Assembly: GCA_001949185.1 (NCBI GenBank)
Contig: BDGG01000010.1
Span: 349,337-413,336, forward strand
Source: Ramazzottius varieornatus
Lineage: Eukaryota; Animalia; Tardigrada
Direction of reading: 5' to 3'
DNA length: 64,000 bases
The notes under the pieces are model-generated. The model did not search any database and was not told the DNA's origin. It saw nothing but the letters and a program-made list of their open reading frames with translations. The position numbers and the translations under genes were made by a program. Positions 62,193 through 64,000 of the stretch are shown in pieces. The first letter of the stretch is position 1; each line of letters begins with the position of its first letter.

Positions 62193-63628
62193 ATGGCGCG
62201 TCCTGAGCCGTCTTCATCGGAGAAGAATGAGATTCGTCTGGTTGACGGACCAAGCGACACCATCTCGGCAGTCAGATTCTCTCCCTCGTTATCAAGTGGA
62301 CGTCTCCTGATGGTTAGCAGCTGGGATGGAACTGTACGCATCCACGATACGGACAACAACGTCAAGCGACATCAGTTCGAGATTGGCGAGCCTGTCCTCG
62401 ATTGCTGCTTCTCGGTAAGCTCACCCTTCTCGCCTTGTAAAATTAATATTTACTGATTGCTTTTCACGTAGTTTGCTTCTACAGGATTCGACACACGCCT
62501 TCTGTGGAGGCTTGGATAACCACATCAAGATGTGTGATCTCAACCACGGCAAGCACTTTGCTGTGGGCAACCACGACGACGCCGTCCGTTGTGTCCATCT
62601 CAATACCTCTCGCAACATCATGACCACGGGCAGTTGGGACAAAACTGTCAAAACTTGGGATCCACGCTCTAAATCCGTCTTGGTACTTTCCCAACCAGAC
62701 AAGGTATGTTCAAGTCTTGATTACACTGCGAGAAAAGTGGCACCCGGCACGACGATGGTCAAGTCGCCGTTTGAATTTTCACTGGCAGAATCACTGCTCC
62801 CGTCTGAGTGGCGCATGATCTCACGATTCTTACGCGTTTATGTGCTGTACTTTGTGACGCATACGTCTTCCACTGGGAATGGAAATGTTTGATTTATTAC
62901 TACTGTACTGGTACTGGACAGTTGAAGTCGAATGTGATTGAGAACTTCGTATTTCGGACTGTCGACTGAAGACAAGATTGCTTTTTATTACAGGTCTACA
63001 GTCTGACGAGTGTCAAAGACTACCTGATTGTCGGAACGAAGGATCGGCGCATCTGGATTTGGGATTTACGGAACACGAACGAGCCCATGCAGAAGCGAGA
63101 ATCCAGCTTGAAGTACCAAACTCGCTGCATGACTGGCCTGGCGATGACATCGGATGATGCTTTCTCCGTGGCATCTATTGAAGGTTTGCAATTGTAAAAC
63201 CGAGGCTGCGAACTGGAGGAACCTTGATGATTTTCAGGATGATTATAGGTCGCGTGGCTGTCGAATACTTGGACAGTGACCCAGAGATCCAGAAGAAAAA
63301 GTACGCCTTCAAGTGCCACCGCAACAAGGAAGCAGGCATCGAGATGATCTACCCCGTCAACAGCCTGGTCGTCCATCCTGTCTTCGGTACGATGGCTTCG
63401 GGGGGCTCGGACGGTGTGGTTAACATCTGGGACATCAACAACAAGAAGCGCATGAGCCAGTTTCGTCGACAAGCAAGCACCATCAGCTCCATGGACTTCA
63501 GCAAGGACGGCAAAGTCCTGGCGCTCTCGATCTCGTACCTCTTTGAACGCGAAGATATGCCGAACAAGCCTTGTGAAGATCACGTTATCGTGCGGTCGAT
63601 TGCTGAAAGCGAAGTCAAGCCTAAATAA
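62193..63628 (+). CDS. BUB3: Mitotic checkpoint protein BUB3 (WD40), 4 exons
   Basis: LLMVSSWDGTVRIHD, PVLDCCFS, TGSWDKTVKTWDPR, QKRESSLKYQTRC, SIEGRVAVEYLD, KKKYAFKCHR and WDINNKKR. Confidence 0.95.
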
Positions 63629-64000
63629 ACGTGTTGCGTATCTTTCGCTGACTTTCTGGCAGCGAGTCTGTTGCCGATATTTCGAGGTTTCCAGCTCTCT
63701 ACATTCAACCGTGTTTTTGGTAGTCATCCTTCATATGAGCATATGACTCTCTTACGTAAGTATTGCGCTGTAAAATACGATTTTCGGAAGATTTGTTTGG
63801 GGTGGAAGTCTTCCAAAGATTCCGAGAGAGAACCCGAACAAGGACGAAGTGTAACGAGTAAAAGTACAAGTACCGAGTACGCGTGTAATATACATGCTTT
63901 GCGGCTGGTCAGTATGACGTCGTCGTTTGTCATTCAGTATTGCAGAGAAACCATGACATCATAGATGGTGATTCTGTCCGGTCCGTCTGGCGCCCTGGTT

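Overview
Eukaryotic (animal) genomic DNA from a gene-dense invertebrate genome with short GT-AG introns, abundant CpG and five 50-N scaffold gaps. A compact-genome ecdysozoan such as a tardigrade is only a guess. Spliced host genes, in order: an SH3-SH2 (Nck-like SH2) gene running off the left edge and missed by the ORF track, NACA, GBE1, RABL6, a decayed DDX39/UAP56-like helicase, CPT2, B4GAT1, PTBP/hephaestus, paxillin, a MATH-BTB (SPOP-like) gene and BUB3. Mobile DNA: a complete 3.5-kb hAT element with a perfect 8-bp TSD and a spliced transposase, LINE fragments (one fused to a phosphoglucomutase N-terminal fragment), a PIF/Harbinger element nested in a non-autonomous hAT-type element plus its MITE derivative, and many fold-back MITEs. 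The most striking unexplained pattern is a dispersed, almost entirely intronic module: inverted GTGGCGCAC/GTGCGCCAC arms separated by a spacer of fixed length (25 nt) but divergent sequence. It occurs singly or as pairs with a 73-bp period inside ~181-bp cassettes. The PTB gene also retains a 34-nt exon matching the vertebrate autoregulatory exon.
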